Positions 49,931-63,028 of a stretch of 64,000 bases of DNA are shown here, in pieces. Every line of letters begins with the position of its first letter. Within the stretch, counting starts at the first letter, position 1. The notes under the pieces are model-generated. The model was not told where the DNA came from. It saw nothing but the letters and a program-made list of their open reading frames with translations, and did not search any database. Origin of the DNA: Yuukianura sp. NJ FZ-2021 (lineage: Eukaryota); the NCBI GenBank assembly GCA_046563655.1, contig CM102285.1, positions 1,116,001-1,180,000 on the forward strand, given 5' to 3'. The position numbers were made by a program, and so were the translations under genes.

Positions 49931-51790
49931 TTAAATTAAAAAGTGGAATTGTTTTTGGAGGAGGCCTCTCAACGTTTTCACAACGTTTGAAAGCGTGTCC
50001 AACATCGTCAGTAGAACGTTTAGATGTCCATTGTCGTCCATACCAGCAGCATACTGGTCCTACATTTGGCCAATTTCTATCTCCGTCGGTTCCATCTCTG
50101 TCAAATTCAGCATGATTAACGCTTAATTTTCAACAACTGAGCATTGTGTGAGCGAGTAACTTACTTCTGAATTGGATTTGGTGTTGGTCTGTTTGTTCAG
50201 CAATGTAAACGCGGGAAAATTCAACGCCCTCCAAGTGCGACGTGTCTTCTTCAACTTCTTGTTCTTCGTCAGTGGGTGGTGGAATGGGTGTAACTTTGGT
50301 GTCAATGCCGTGGACCCGTTTCAGATGGGCGTGAAATCGTGACGTGGATCCATCCAGAATCTTCTGCACATTGATGTTTCCTGCTTTGAAACAGAGGTTG
50401 CAGCGAGCCTTGTTTGCTTCAGCGTCCTTGAACTTTGTAAAGTAGTTCCAGATCGGACTCTGCGTCCTTCTTGTTCCGTCAACTAAATCAATTAAGTTCC
50501 AATAAAAATCTATAAAATGCGACTACAAATATATAAAATGTAAAAATGGAGTAAGGCATACCTGATTTCCTGGGCGGAATCAAAGCCATTTCGTGAAGAT
50601 CCAGTTGTGGACCATGTTGTGCCGGCGGTGGCTTGGCATCCACCACTTCTTTGTGTTTGAAACGCAAGTGACGATGAAGTGTCGAAGTGCTTCCTTCCTG
50701 CACTTTCAGAATACGTTGAACTCCTTGATCGTCACACACTTTGCAGAGGGCAGTTTGTCCATTTTCCTCTCGCATGTAGTACTTCCAAACGGGGTTGCAG
50801 CTCTTCTCTCCCGTCCGAACTTGGTTCTTGTCCGTTGAGTAATACTCCACAAACACTTTCCGTTCAGCAGAATCAGAATCTGCAAATACCAACTCTATGT
50901 TAAATTAACTTTTATGTTAAAACTACATAACGCTAAAGGTCATTTTTATACAAAGAGTGAACTGTTACCGTCGTATTCTTCGCTGTCTCCACCACCTTGA
51001 AACTGCGGAACTTCCGGCGGAACCAAGTGCACTTCTTCAATCACACCACCACCACCATCACTATAGTGCCCTTCCTGATCTGAATCAACTGTCACATTAA
51101 AGTGGTTGCTTCCTGAAAAAAAAATTCATTAATGGGAGCATGAAATGCTCACATTGAACGCTGAATATCTCTAAGTAAAGGTTATTTCTGTAAGTAAAAG
51201 TTACCTCCAGCGATTTCGTAATCGTTTCTAATTCGTTTTTTCCGTCCACGTCTTGCAGCAGCAGCAGATCGTTTGGCAGCAGAAGCAGAGGACTGCTGCT
51301 GCGGAAAGTCTATGACGTCCAGGTCCACCGCTCCGTCGGAAAACTTGATGGAAAGACCACTGGCAGCCATATCAGCTATGTAAATAAGCAAACAACAAAA
51401 TATCTTTTGGTAAAGGTGTTTAACTACAAATCCTAATGCTAATGACACAAAACAAGTTGACACTTTACCAGTATTTTTCCAGTGGGTCATCACAGACTCG
51501 TAGAGGGAATGTTCTCGTTCCAATAACTTCTTCTGGACGAAGAATTGCTCTGAAACGAAGCGAGAAATGGATTAATCGACATTACTTCATTCTATTAGGA
51601 TGAGACTATTAGTTCCAATTTTAATTAGCATAGCGTGTTACCATTTCTAGTGGTTAGAATCTGTTCGATGATTGTCATCTTGAGGTCCACTTCTGCTCTG
51701 AACGTCTTAAGACTCTGCTCCAGCTGTTCCACTTTGTTCTCTAAATTACCCATGTTCGTCTGGTTCTGATTCGGTCGCCGATTCATCTCG
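49931..51790 (-). CDS. Protein with two BED zinc fingers and an N-terminal coiled coil (multi-exon; ends approximate)
   Basis: NPVWKYY..ALCKVC..GSTSTLHRHLRFKH and SPIWNYF..ARCNLC..GSTSRFHAHLKRVH; several in-phase GT-AG introns; no transposase core or TIRs. Confidence 0.75.
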
Positions 51791-52310
51791 TCTAAACCCA
51801 ATTTAAACAGAGTTATTTAACATCAAAACTGATATAAGAATCAAGCAAAATCTGCAATTACAGTACAATTACCTGCTCAAGTGATATTAAGTCTGAGTTC
51901 ACCTTACAATGCAAATGCAACCAGATGAAGTAAAAGTGAAAAATTCCAAAGGTTGTTTGCTATGGACAAGTGTGGTACGTTCCGATGTTGGTTAATTAAC
52001 CGCTTGGCTAATTGATTAACTTAATTAGTAAACAGAATTTAAGAACAAACTACACAAATTGCATAATGAAACAGCAGATGACAATCAATCTTAATAAAAC
52101 AACAAATCAGCTCCAACTATTCGTGTATTTTGCACATGGCTAGCCTAATCCCCAGAATCAGATGAACTACACTGCGACCGTACACAAACAAATACCGTGA
52201 TTTCATTCTCAATACATCCACCTTAGTATTTACAATAAATATTATTTTAATTGCAATTAAAAATAAGAGAATGAGATACGTAATTATGGTAAGGTCCAAA
52301 CTAAAAGTGT

Positions 52311-53160
52311 TTAGCAGTTTAGCAACTGATTTTCAATCGTGTTCAACTGAATCCATGCCATCGTGGGACCAATGGTCACGGCACATGCGCACAGAAACTT
52401 TCTAAATCCAGGAAGCGAATGTCGTTGAAGACGGCGCCTGAGTAGAAACATGGACGCCGTGGAAATGCAGAGACCAAGAAGTTCCTTCCCTTCTTCTGCA
52501 AACATTGGGCCATTTTCCCGCCAATCTGCTTGAACTTCAAGGTCAAAGGTCAACCAAAGAGTCTTCAGGCCCAGAATAGTGCAGTAAAATAAGTGAGTCA
52601 CGAACACTCCTTCCCACAATTGTCCTTCAGGCTCCTTCTCTTCTTTCATCAAATTCCAAAGGGCCCACGCACTTCGGACACTCGGAACTGCATACGGAAC
52701 CTACAAAACACAAAATTCACGTTACTTTGCAATCCAGGAAACATTTCAAAATTTCAAAAATTTAATTTTTCGAACTTTTGAAATGAACGGAAATGTTACG
52801 AAAACTGTAAGGTAAGTAAACAAAAAAAAAGTTTTTTCTCCAGCAGGTTGTCCAATATGTCGGAATTTTTTCAATTTCGTGCAACAATTTTCAAAAATAA
52901 AACGGGGTGAAGAAAAATATAGGAGAAAACTTAAACAAAATTGGCGCAAAGAAGTAAGATTTTTGAAAACCCTGAGTTATTGCACAACCTGTTGTAGGAA
53001 ATAGAATTCGGTTGTTAAGGAACCTTGGAAAACTGCATGGAATGCTTACAATCCAGATGAGAGGATCTGGGTCATTGAGTTGGACGACAGTTGATGAAGC
53101 GAAGAAGAGAACCATTAAGGCCACCAGTAGTCGCCAAGAGGTCAAGTAGGCCTTGTCCAT
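52311..53160 (-). CDS. TMEM220: TMEM220-family membrane protein (exons 53160-53050, 52700-52311; 166 aa)
   Basis: FF..TVVQLNDPDPLIWIVPY and EEGKELLGL motifs. Confidence 0.8.
52808..53027. mobile_element. hAT-type MITE family A, copy 5 (in the TMEM220 intron)
   Basis: taaggt...gaaccttg with perfect 8-bp TSD gaaaactg. Confidence 0.88.
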
Positions 53161-53869
53161 TGTAGATCCAGCTGACCTTTGACCTTTAGGCGGTGAACAA
53201 GAAGCAACAGTAAGTTTGTCAAGTGACATTGCTAAGCACTTTGAGATCTTGGTCACTCCGAGGTAATACCAACACTGCCACAAATATTGGCCTTCAAAGA
53301 ATGCATCTTCTTCATCTTTTGTAATGAAATTCCATAGTTGATTACTACACTGGCACAAGCTCCTCCCCTCCCTACTAATGAAAATACTTCAATGAGATAC
53401 CCCGAATGTTACTCATGGATAGCTCCGTAGCAGGTCATTAGCGCGAAAACAATAAGTGCGAATTCGGCAGGTAATGTAGGTTCAGTGTTGCCAACTTTTG
53501 GAATTCGATCTTATTGTTTTCGCGTTAATGCCCTGTGGGATTCCTGGTTAAACTTGTCATCTTTTAATTATTTTTGACTGGAAGGAATAAGTCGAGTATT
53601 AAAAACAACGTTGAGTTCGAGTTAAGAATAAGTTAAAGTTACATTAGATTCACGGGGCAGGGATGAGATTACTTGCGTCAGTTGGGAAGAGTTAAATGCG
53701 CGGGGTTCCGTTTGAGTCGTCCTAAAATCTAAATTCAAAATGTCCTACGGCTTTATACAAAACGGTGTTGGCTAGTCACTAATAAAATGTTGGTTATTTG
53801 AATTTGGCGGATGACCGATTCCCGCCGTGTGCTTCCGGATCAAATGGCCGTGGGAACCGGCACTGACTG

Positions 53870-56556
53870 TCAGCGCCACTTTGAACGTTGGGCTGTAAAG
53901 GAAAAAAAACGTTTAAAAAAATGCTAAAAACCGTACAGACAACAAAAATTGAGTAATTTTAAAAAGGAATCTCACCAAAGACGTCTGCTCGGAGATTCTG
54001 CGCGAAACAAATCCCCAAAATCTAGGAAAATAACAAAGACTGATTAGAAATTAATTTGCTTTTTGGTGATTTCGATTTGGCATGAGAAAGAAAGGCACTG
54101 GAATATCAAAAGAATGTGCTGGAATGAGCAAGAATGTGTATATGACAGAGTTATTACCTGTAGAAAAGCAATTGCAACGAAGAAGGAAGCCACACTGACA
54201 AAGTTCATCTCGAGCCAATCCTCCGCCGAACTTATGCATCCTGTCTCGTAAATAACTTTTGACGCATCCAAATTCTAATCAATCAAACAGACATAAAGTC
54301 AAGCAAGTATTTGCCAATATTTTACCAAGTCCAGAATTATTTCTGCAAGTGAACGTAGAGTCGGAACTTACATATTCTGGTTTGCGTACATCGTAGCCAC
54401 ATTGGGTATTCCGAATCCAAAGCTAGCAAAAGACAGAAAAATGGAATTCATGAAAACAGTTTGTGCTGTAAAATTGTTTTCGAAAAAGTGTTTTCCTTTA
54501 CCGATTGTTGTTTGCAACAACTAAATGGAACTCCGCAACTCTCTCTGGCGGTTGAGTTGCAGTTGAAGTAAATGTTCTTGTCCCAATCCCTCGGACCTTC
54601 AATTCCACAACACTCTAGCCAACGTTCCTGGAATTGACAGTCAAGTTTACTGGATGTAAACTTTGCATTACAACTAGTACCTGAAACCAAGATTCTAAAA
54701 GTTTGAAAGCTTACTTGTATCCAGTCAATGAGATTCTGCTGGTCTGGATCCTCTCGGTAGGAAACGATGAAAGACTGAAATCCGCTCGTCGCCTCACTCT
54801 TGATCCAATCCTTGAACACAAACCTAAACAAACAGTCAATTTTAGTCAGTCAACAATTGATTGATCAATTCGTCATAGTCAATGGAGCCACAACGTTGAA
54901 TCAATCCAGAGACAAATCATACGTCCGGAATCAGGTGCCGATAATACGTATTTCGGTGCCTGCCGAAAAGTTGTCGGCTCGTCGGCTGCCGAAATCGGCA
55001 GCTGAAAAATTCGAAAAAATGGGGATTTTTTCTTCAAAAAACGAAAAATTTCTCGGGCCTACGGCCCGGATAGCCTCTATACTGCTGGGCACGGCTTTTC
55101 TCTTCCAAATGCTTCGAAAAATTGACTTTTGCTGAATTTTAGCCTTCTTGGGATATCTTATTTTCGACTTTTACAACCCAAAAACCGATTTTATGTAGTT
55201 TTTCGAGCCAGAAGCCGATTTATTTTGGGTTTGTCTGCCATACAAAGAAAAACAGATACTCCGTCAGTATCCGGACATCCTCCTCAGACCGAAGCTCTGC
55301 CGGCTTAATTTTCAGCCATTTTGGACCCGATTTGCGGGCTCAGATGTGATTTTTCGGATTGCGAAATCGAAAAAGCTTCGCGCCTAGCGGCGCGATTTTG
55401 TTATTTCTACCCATTTTGGACCCGATTTGTGGGGTCAGAAGTGATTTTTAGGATTGCGAAATCGAAAAAGTTTCGCGCCTAGCGGCGCGATGTCGTTCCT
55501 TCTAGGATTTTCGACCCAATTTTCGGGGTCAGAAGCGATTCTTCTGATTGTAAAATCGAAAAAACTTCGCGCCTAACGGCGGGATTTGCTTCTTTCACGC
55601 CGTTTTCTACCCAATTTGCGATGCCAGAACGGATTTCGGGGCTGTAAATTGAGAAAAGCTTCGCGCCTAGAGTCGGCAAGCTAATTTCGCCGTAATTTTT
55701 CGTCCAATTCATTTATATAAATCACTCATCTAGTTTTCACAATTTCTGGAGTCTCTGGTAAATTTTTGGGTCCCGAAATCAAAAAAATTCTCGCGCCTAA
55801 CGGCGCGATTTGAAGCTAATTTTACTCAATTCGTGCACCCAAATAGGACTTTTGAGTGCCGAATTCAAAAATTTGCTATTGTAATATCTATTTTTGCTAT
55901 TATATTACTACTTATCTCTTCTTTTACGGCATCACTGCAATATTATGCTTCCAAAATTACCAATTTCTCGCGTACGACAAAAATAATACGGTATTTTGCA
56001 AATGCGATATCGAGTCCGCCATTTTTAGTCAGCGGCCGAAATCGGCAGCTGAAATTTTCGACAAAATCGGCACCTGATTCCGAGTCCATTCCGGACGTAT
56101 GAGACAAATCAAAAATTAAGAATCAGTTATTTTTACCCGAGGACTCCAGCTGATATTTCAGCGAGGAGAATAGCTGCCAGGAAGACGGCGTACACTGCGA
56201 GGAGACAAGTGTTCTCCCTCAGAGCTCCAACACACCCAGTGAATCCTATGACGAAAGTCATGGTGCCGATGAGGACTAGGATAAAAGCGGGGTCAAGAGC
56301 TACCCGGGTCAAACGGGACAAGTTGGACAGAGTCTCCTTCTCACTCCATGCCCAAACACCGATCCCCACAACCAACAACCCAAGGATCTAAAGAAACCGA
56401 AAACCAATTAACAACACAACCACGAAAAGTAAAACGTTTGTAACTCGTTTTTACCCAGAAAATGACATTAAATCCGAAGATGAGGTATTTCAAGCAGCAA
56501 CTGACTTCGCTCTCGTGTCGACGGTACTTTTTACGAGGAGCTGGTGGCACTGGCAT
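53870..56556 (-). CDS. TspanC8 tetraspanin (Tspan5/17, Tsp26A-like), 8 coding exons
   Basis: EVSCCLKYLIFGFNVIFW, GCVGALRENTCLL, NLIDWIQ, CCG..GPRDW..NIYFNC, CGVPFSCC, NTQCGY, IYETGC, GICFAQNL. Confidence 0.92.
54918..56101. mobile_element. Non-autonomous hAT-type element (1184 bp) in a tetraspanin intron, with internal ~90-100-bp tandem repeats
   Basis: TIR CATACGTCCGGAAT...ATTCCGGACGTATG, perfect 8-bp TSD agacaaat, repeated ttcgcgcctagcggcgcga units at ~55310-55810. Confidence 0.88.
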
Positions 56557-57547
56557 CCTGACGTCCTTCCGATTCACTTTTTTTAAAATTTCCAACCAGT
56601 CACGCACCTAAAAAAAATTAACGTTGGAATAACATTGGAATCTTGCGTTGTTGGTGTAGTAAAAATGCTTAAAACTCCTAATACTACTTAAGGATTGACT
56701 TACCCAATGTGATTGTTTTGAGGATCAGCTGCTCTTCCTTCCCTAATCTAATTTTGGTCATAAATTCATGTCGGTAGTCAAGGTTGATGGTCTCATGATG
56801 GTGGTCACTGGACAAGGGCCGTAACGTGTTTAATATGAAAAGTAATTGGAGTTGTGGGTTGTTTATGATTTGTGATTGTGAATGAACGTGATGATTGAGG
56901 ATACGAAGGCGGAAGTAAGTGGGATGAATGCCCTCCTCCCGTTTTGCTTTGGCTCTACTGATCTCGTTGACCTTTTACGGAGGAATACAGACTCCAAATC
57001 TTGCAAATCTTCACATCTGCATCTGTGATCTGTGGCAGTGGAAATTCGGGATTGGCTTATCTAATCCTCCGAATCAACCATACAATTCCGACGCCCCAAA
57101 CACAAGCAAGCCCTATATAACGATTCCGAGGAATTGGCAGCCCTGATTTACATTAAGATGAATCCCAATTGGGTTGGAGTTAGGCTTAGAAGCAGGTTTG
57201 GAAGTAAGGCTTTATCCACTTTGCGGTTACAATAACTGACTGTTCTGTTGCCGCTGTGGATTAGCTGTAGTTGACATGGCTACATAAGTTGCCATCGAAT
57301 TTTAGGGGGTACCACGTAACTGGGATGGGTGTCTATTGCTGTTACATTGATGATCGTTAAGCGTTATGGCATCCTCCAATCACCATTTCAAAACAAGAGG
57401 GTGTGACTTTTCATCAGAATCAGCTGATTCGCAGGCTGACAGACAGCCACCGCATAATTTTTTTTATTCTCGTTCTTTCATCTGTAAATCTTAATTGTTT
57501 GATTAAAATTCAATTAAATACTGGTCTACTTCACTTTCTGCTGTGAA

Positions 57548-59269
57548 ATGGATTTCGAGGTTATCGGTTTATTGGAAGATTTAGGGTAAGAAGAAGAATA
57601 ACTACAAACAAATGACAAGTTGTAGTTGTGTTTCCGACTGCGGATCTGCAATAAATTGTTTTGATTTTTAGGTATGAAAGGAAGCTGGACGCCATAACTT
57701 TGCATCAATTGCTTGAAGACTGGACTGAATACTCCAAGGCACTTGCATGGGCGTCTACTGAGCTTCAAGTTGTCACTCAGATTGACGAGACAGTCAATGC
57801 ATTGGGCGCTGGTGACGATGTTTATGTCGTACAATTTGAACTCAGTAGTTTGTTGAATGGTAAACAAAGTTTAAAAGTATTTTCTTTTTATTACTACGCT
57901 TATTGATCGTTTTTTCTTCAACAGAATTGCAATGTCCTTATTCTCTTATAATGAACTCAACGGATGCAAAATCTCGATTCGACACGCCTGACAAACGCCT
58001 CCTAGCCTTGTATTTTCTACTCACCGAACTCAGCTCAAGTCGGATTCTGTATTTCGAGAAACCACAGCAAATGGAAATTGAAATTGTAACTAATTCAACA
58101 AAGTTTATAGGACATCGGGCAGCTTGTACTTAGAAAGTCTTAATTTTAACTGTCTTACTACGATTTTACAGGAAGAGAGCTCAGGAGCACGACTGATGAA
58201 AGAAATTTCAATTGATGTTGGACTTGGACCGCCTCCGGCTAACCTTGCAATACGTGCCATTTGGGCAGAAATAAAAAAGCGACTAGCCAGTGCCCAATCG
58301 AAGTTGAAAGAATCTGGAGTCGAAATGGATCCCATTTTCAATGGGACTTTAAGTCCAAGTCAATGGACAGAACTGGAGCAACTCCATACTCAATTTGACA
58401 CCGAGTATGAAATCAGAAGAGAAATGTTACTCAAACGAATAGATGTCACAATTCAATCTTTCCACGTAAGACCTGGTGGGACCATCAGTCGAACATAAAA
58501 CGACTTATGACTTAATCTATACATCACGTGACTAATTTTTGTCATGTTTACAGTGGTCGGATAGATTGACTAAGCAACGAGATGCAATGTCCGCCGTATT
58601 TCACGAACACAGACGCACTTTGGTACCAAAACCATCAGTTAGCCTCAGCGATATTTTGGCTGCTCGGAAGGACTTGGCCATTATCGAGAAAACTTCCTGT
58701 GCCTCAGTACGGAAACACACAAAGTCTGCAATCAACTCCGTCACAATTGGAATGGTGCCGGACAGAGGTGGCAGACCAAGCGAAGCATGTGCTCCACAAC
58801 GCGAAATGCCTTCTTGGCAACAGCGACAGGGTAAGGTTGTATAAAGTTTCTGCAAAGTTTAGAATCACGAGTTGTTATTTTTTATTCCTGGATAAATTTT
58901 TATTTTGTTTCAGCCGGACCAAGCGGATCTGTTGGTTGGACGAAAAGCGCTGCTGGAAGTAGGGGCGGCGGTTACCGAGGAAGAGGTCGCGGTGGTGGAG
59001 GTGATCGTGGCCGTGGAGATTCACATCAAGGAGGATTCAATGAATACAGCGGTGGAGGTTCCTACGGCCCTCCCAATGCCGGGTATCATCAACAAGCTCA
59101 CTACAGCAGTAACGAAGGGTGGAACCAGCATGGCGGGAGAGGCGGAGATTTTCAAAATACTGGCCAATATGAACAGTATTACGACCCAAATCAACAAGGA
59201 AATTACCAACCGAGAGGTGGTGGGAGAGGCGGCAAACGCTCCAAAGTTCAAGGCGGATGGAACAACTGA
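57548..59269 (+). CDS. FAM98: FAM98 family protein, multi-exon, RGG-rich tail
   Basis: LLEDLGY, FELSSLL.EL.CPY, EYEIRREMLLKRIDVTIQSF.WSDR, IEKTS, VPDRGGRP, EMPSWQQR, then an RGG-rich last exon. Confidence 0.9.
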
Positions 59270-59926
59270 AAAAATCTCAGTCATTTTCCCCAATTCTTTC
59301 AAAAATGTTATTATTTGTCTAGCTTTAAAGTAACTCTGTCCATATCATTTACGTTTGCTTTTGCATTTCCTGGTTAAATCTACTTAACATAAGTGATTCC
59401 ATTATCCATGCATGTCAATTACTAATGATTATGCCAATCTTATCAGCTTAGCGCTTAGCGTACCTATTCGTATCCCGATAAATCCCAGTTCGAGTCACAC
59501 TCGGAACAAAAGTATAACGGAAGTGAAAGTATGGACAGAAATGTATTGTTTTATGCAAATTCAATAAATAAGCAATGAAGAGGAGTAGAATTTCTCTTTT
59601 TCGTGGAAAAACTTGAGCCACTTTGTGGAAAGTTATGATTAATTCAAAGTCGGAGGGAAATTTTTGGGAGAAAGTCGATACTTACTTTCATATTTCCCTA
59701 TTTCCATAGCCATTTCAAAAATCAATGCCAAATTGACCGCTAAATGAGCTCTCCCCGCCTTTTGCTTTTCTTCGTTTTATGTCAGTCTAATTCTAGCTTT
59801 TGTCTTGACCTAATTTTTAGGTTTGGAACATCATAAATTTTTTTTACTAACCTAATCGAAATCTAACACTTGCAGAAACAGTAACATAAACTTAACAAAC
59901 TAAGTTAACCTTAATTTAACTTAATC

Positions 59927-61898
59927 ATGGTTAAGGGTCCCTCCGGTGGCATCGTGGGACTTTTCAAGGACTTTTTTGTCTTTATAGTAAAGTATGGATA
60001 CATTCCACTCGAGTGGTACCTCAAAAAGAAAGAAAAAGAAAAACCGGCAGTGAATAGTTCAAGTAAGCAGTACTTTTCGAAATTATATTTTTAGTTTTCA
60101 AAAAAAAGAAATTTGTTTTGACGTACTTTTTCAGATCTTCAGATCCGGCCTAATCGTCTAGTGGTGATAACAGGAGCAAATGGTGGACTAGGGTCAGCAT
60201 TACTCAAAAAACTGCTGGAATTGGACGCCGACGTGATCGTAGGTAAGCAGTTTTGAGAATTCAAATTTTGGCGCCAAATTTTAGAACAATCACTCAACTT
60301 ATACTTATAACATTTGATCTAAAATTTTTTAGTTCTGAATTTTTTTACATTAGGGAGTTTGCGTTGTAAATCATTTGTAGAAATTATAAAAATTATAAAA
60401 TTTAGCCCCGCCCCTTCCCACCACCAACAACCCGCTTTGCTACGGCTCCCGTGATTGGTTGATTTCAAATTTGTGACGTCACTTTTCAAAATTTTCTTTA
60501 TTTATGGATCTTATTTCCCGTGTTGATAAATTTTGTAAAGCTGAAAAGTTTGAAAAATGACGCCTAATTCCATACTTTCTATAAGTTCTATAATTTATTT
60601 ATAACGCAAACTCCCTATTGGTTTTTCTTTTCCTTAGGAGTTCGGAATCCAGAAGACATGAAACCAATTCTGCAAGAAATTCGTCAAACAACTATGTCTG
60701 GGAACCTGACATCGCTAAAACTTGACCTGACGTCACTGGATTCCGTGAGGTCATTTGCCCAAGAGGTGTCAAAAGAAGACAAGGTCATTGGAGTTCTGAT
60801 CAACGCTGCAGGGATCCAGGGGGGCCCTTACGAACTAACCAGAGATGGATATGAGCAGCAGTTTCAAGTGAACTACTTAGGTCACTTCCTACTGTCAAAC
60901 TTGCTTGTGACCCGGATGACCTTGACCTCTACAGAAACCGAACCTGCGCTGATTCTCAATTTAACATCAACCGTCCTGTCACATGGAAAATTGGACTTTA
61001 AAAATCTCAACAGCGAGTGAGTTTTCATCTTTAGTTCAAAATTAAAGAAAAAGTCTGTTTTCATTAAAGTTTTTTGGTTTTTAGAAAATGGTACAACGCT
61101 GCACAGGCGTATTACAACTCCAAACTGTGCATTGCTGCCAGCACACATTTTCTGGGCCTGCGCTTGAAGCAGAAAGGAATTCAAACTAGAGTGAACGCAA
61201 TTCACCCGGGATTTTTAAACACCAAACAGTGGGACAACTACTGCGTTGGATTCCTCCAGAATTTCTGGAAGCATAAGTTACTGGTACGCTAAATTTTGTT
61301 GTTGTTTTTTTTTTTGGGAAATTTCTTTGGCTTCAAAATCAAAATTTTGAGTTTTATAAAACATTTGATTTAGTCTCCAGCAAACGGTGCTGACGACGTC
61401 CTCTATGTCGCATTTCACCCCGACACGAACAGTGTCACGGGGTCGTTCTACGTCAACCAATCAGTGGATCCCGCAATTCCCGCCTTAAAGTGGCAACAAC
61501 TCGAAGAACTCTGGAACGTGTCATGTGACTTCGTCAAAATCCCGAACATCTACTCCTTAGCTCCGCCCACTACCCACATTGAACAAAAACTGAACAACGA
61601 AGTGCTGCTAGACTTGGACGTTGAGAATAGCAAAAATGGCGCCAAAAAAACTTTGAACAAAAAAGATCGCACGATGAGCGTCATTACGATCAACAATCTG
61701 GAGCAGTATTCAGCCAATGAAAGAAGAGAATCGGCACTACTAAAGCGCGGAACGAGCCAAATTTTTTCAATAACTCCATCCACGGTGGCTGTCGCTCCGC
61801 TCGAAGTTGAACCAGCTTCACTGGCAGCCGCTCTTGTGCCGATTGGTGGAATTGGATCGCCCAACACCAATGTCTTCGGCGAACTTTCAAAAGTCTAA
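59927..61898 (+). CDS. Retinol dehydrogenase/DHRSX-type short-chain dehydrogenase (exons 59927-60062, 60135-60242, 60638-61016, 61085-61283, 61374-61898)
   Basis: VVITGANGGLG, LDLTSLDSVRSFA, LINAAG, FQVNYLGHFLL, YYNSK, AIHPG; long C-terminal extension. Confidence 0.88.
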
Positions 61899-62527
61899 CA
61901 ATTTTAACCAACCTAATCTTAACCTAAACTGCACCTTCTGTACTACCTCGCTTGTTGACAAAAAGTGAGAGAAGGGCGGGTCACTTTGGGTCAAAAGCTG
62001 AGGATAAAATTCAATGGAAAACGAGTTTCAGTACCGTTCAGTTTCGAAACCACTCCAGATCGAAAGTTTGGATTGGCGGGAGCAAAATGGCTTTACCACT
62101 AAACGAAAATTATGAAAAATCAAAGGCGACAACATTTTTCTTGAAAGGTTCCAAAATTATTTACTTGATCGAAATGTCGAAGCCTGAACTAATTGAATTT
62201 GCTTCCTCACATTAAGCTTACGTTGGCCCACTTACACTAGCCAATTTAATTGATCCTTTTAGTATTTAACCTACACAGTTTAGAATTACGAAGGAAATTA
62301 TCTTAGTTGAGCATTTTTATGGAGGATATTGCTTAAATGTTACGAGCTCACGACGGCAATAAAATTGGAAATTACAAATTAAGTTGTTAACTTACAAAAT
62401 TGAATTGAATTGCAATAAAAATTGAATTGAAACACTTACATACAATTATTAAATCAAATTTCCCTTAAAAAAAAACAAGGGATTCAAAAAGAGACGTTAC
62501 AATATGTTTCGTGACCTAGTTTGTTAG

Positions 62528-63028
62528 TTACTTGGTTTCCTTTGCTTCGACCTCCAATAGTTTTTGTATATCATCGACCTCTTTGGCACTTGAACATTCA
62601 TATCTGAAGAACCACGACAATTTGCGAACTTTCGTGCCTGAAGTTTCTATCTGCAACAAATTTTCCTCCCTTTGGTTTTCATCCAATGGTACTTTATTTC
62701 CAAGGAGACAGCCTTTTGCATAAGTATCCCCGTTCCAAGATACGTTCTGCTTCTGACCGCTTTCGGTTGTGCCAATGCCCTCAAACTTCCGGTCTGAAAA
62801 TTGATGGAAAGATTGAATTATGACTTCAGTTTTTTTCAAACTTTAGTTCTTTTCTTAGAGTGGCCATAACGTACCAATGCTAATTTTGAATTTCCCGTTG
62901 ATTTCTTCCATAGTCAGCTCACATTCGTGCTGGAATAGCTCTTTGCATTTGGGAAATGCAATTCTTAGTTCCGTCGTGAACACGTACTTTTTTTGGTTCG
63001 GCTCTGCGGTTGATGCTGCTGCTGCCAT
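62528..63028 (-). CDS. Small uncharacterised protein (exons 63028-62875, 62793-62528; 139 aa)
   Basis: gacATGG start context; an in-phase GT-AG intron joins two ORFs; no recognisable domain. Confidence 0.65.

Noticed and set aside
58905-59333. 142-aa ORF (VAVVEVIVAVE...)
   Set aside because: It is an alternative frame of the RGG-rich last exon of FAM98.
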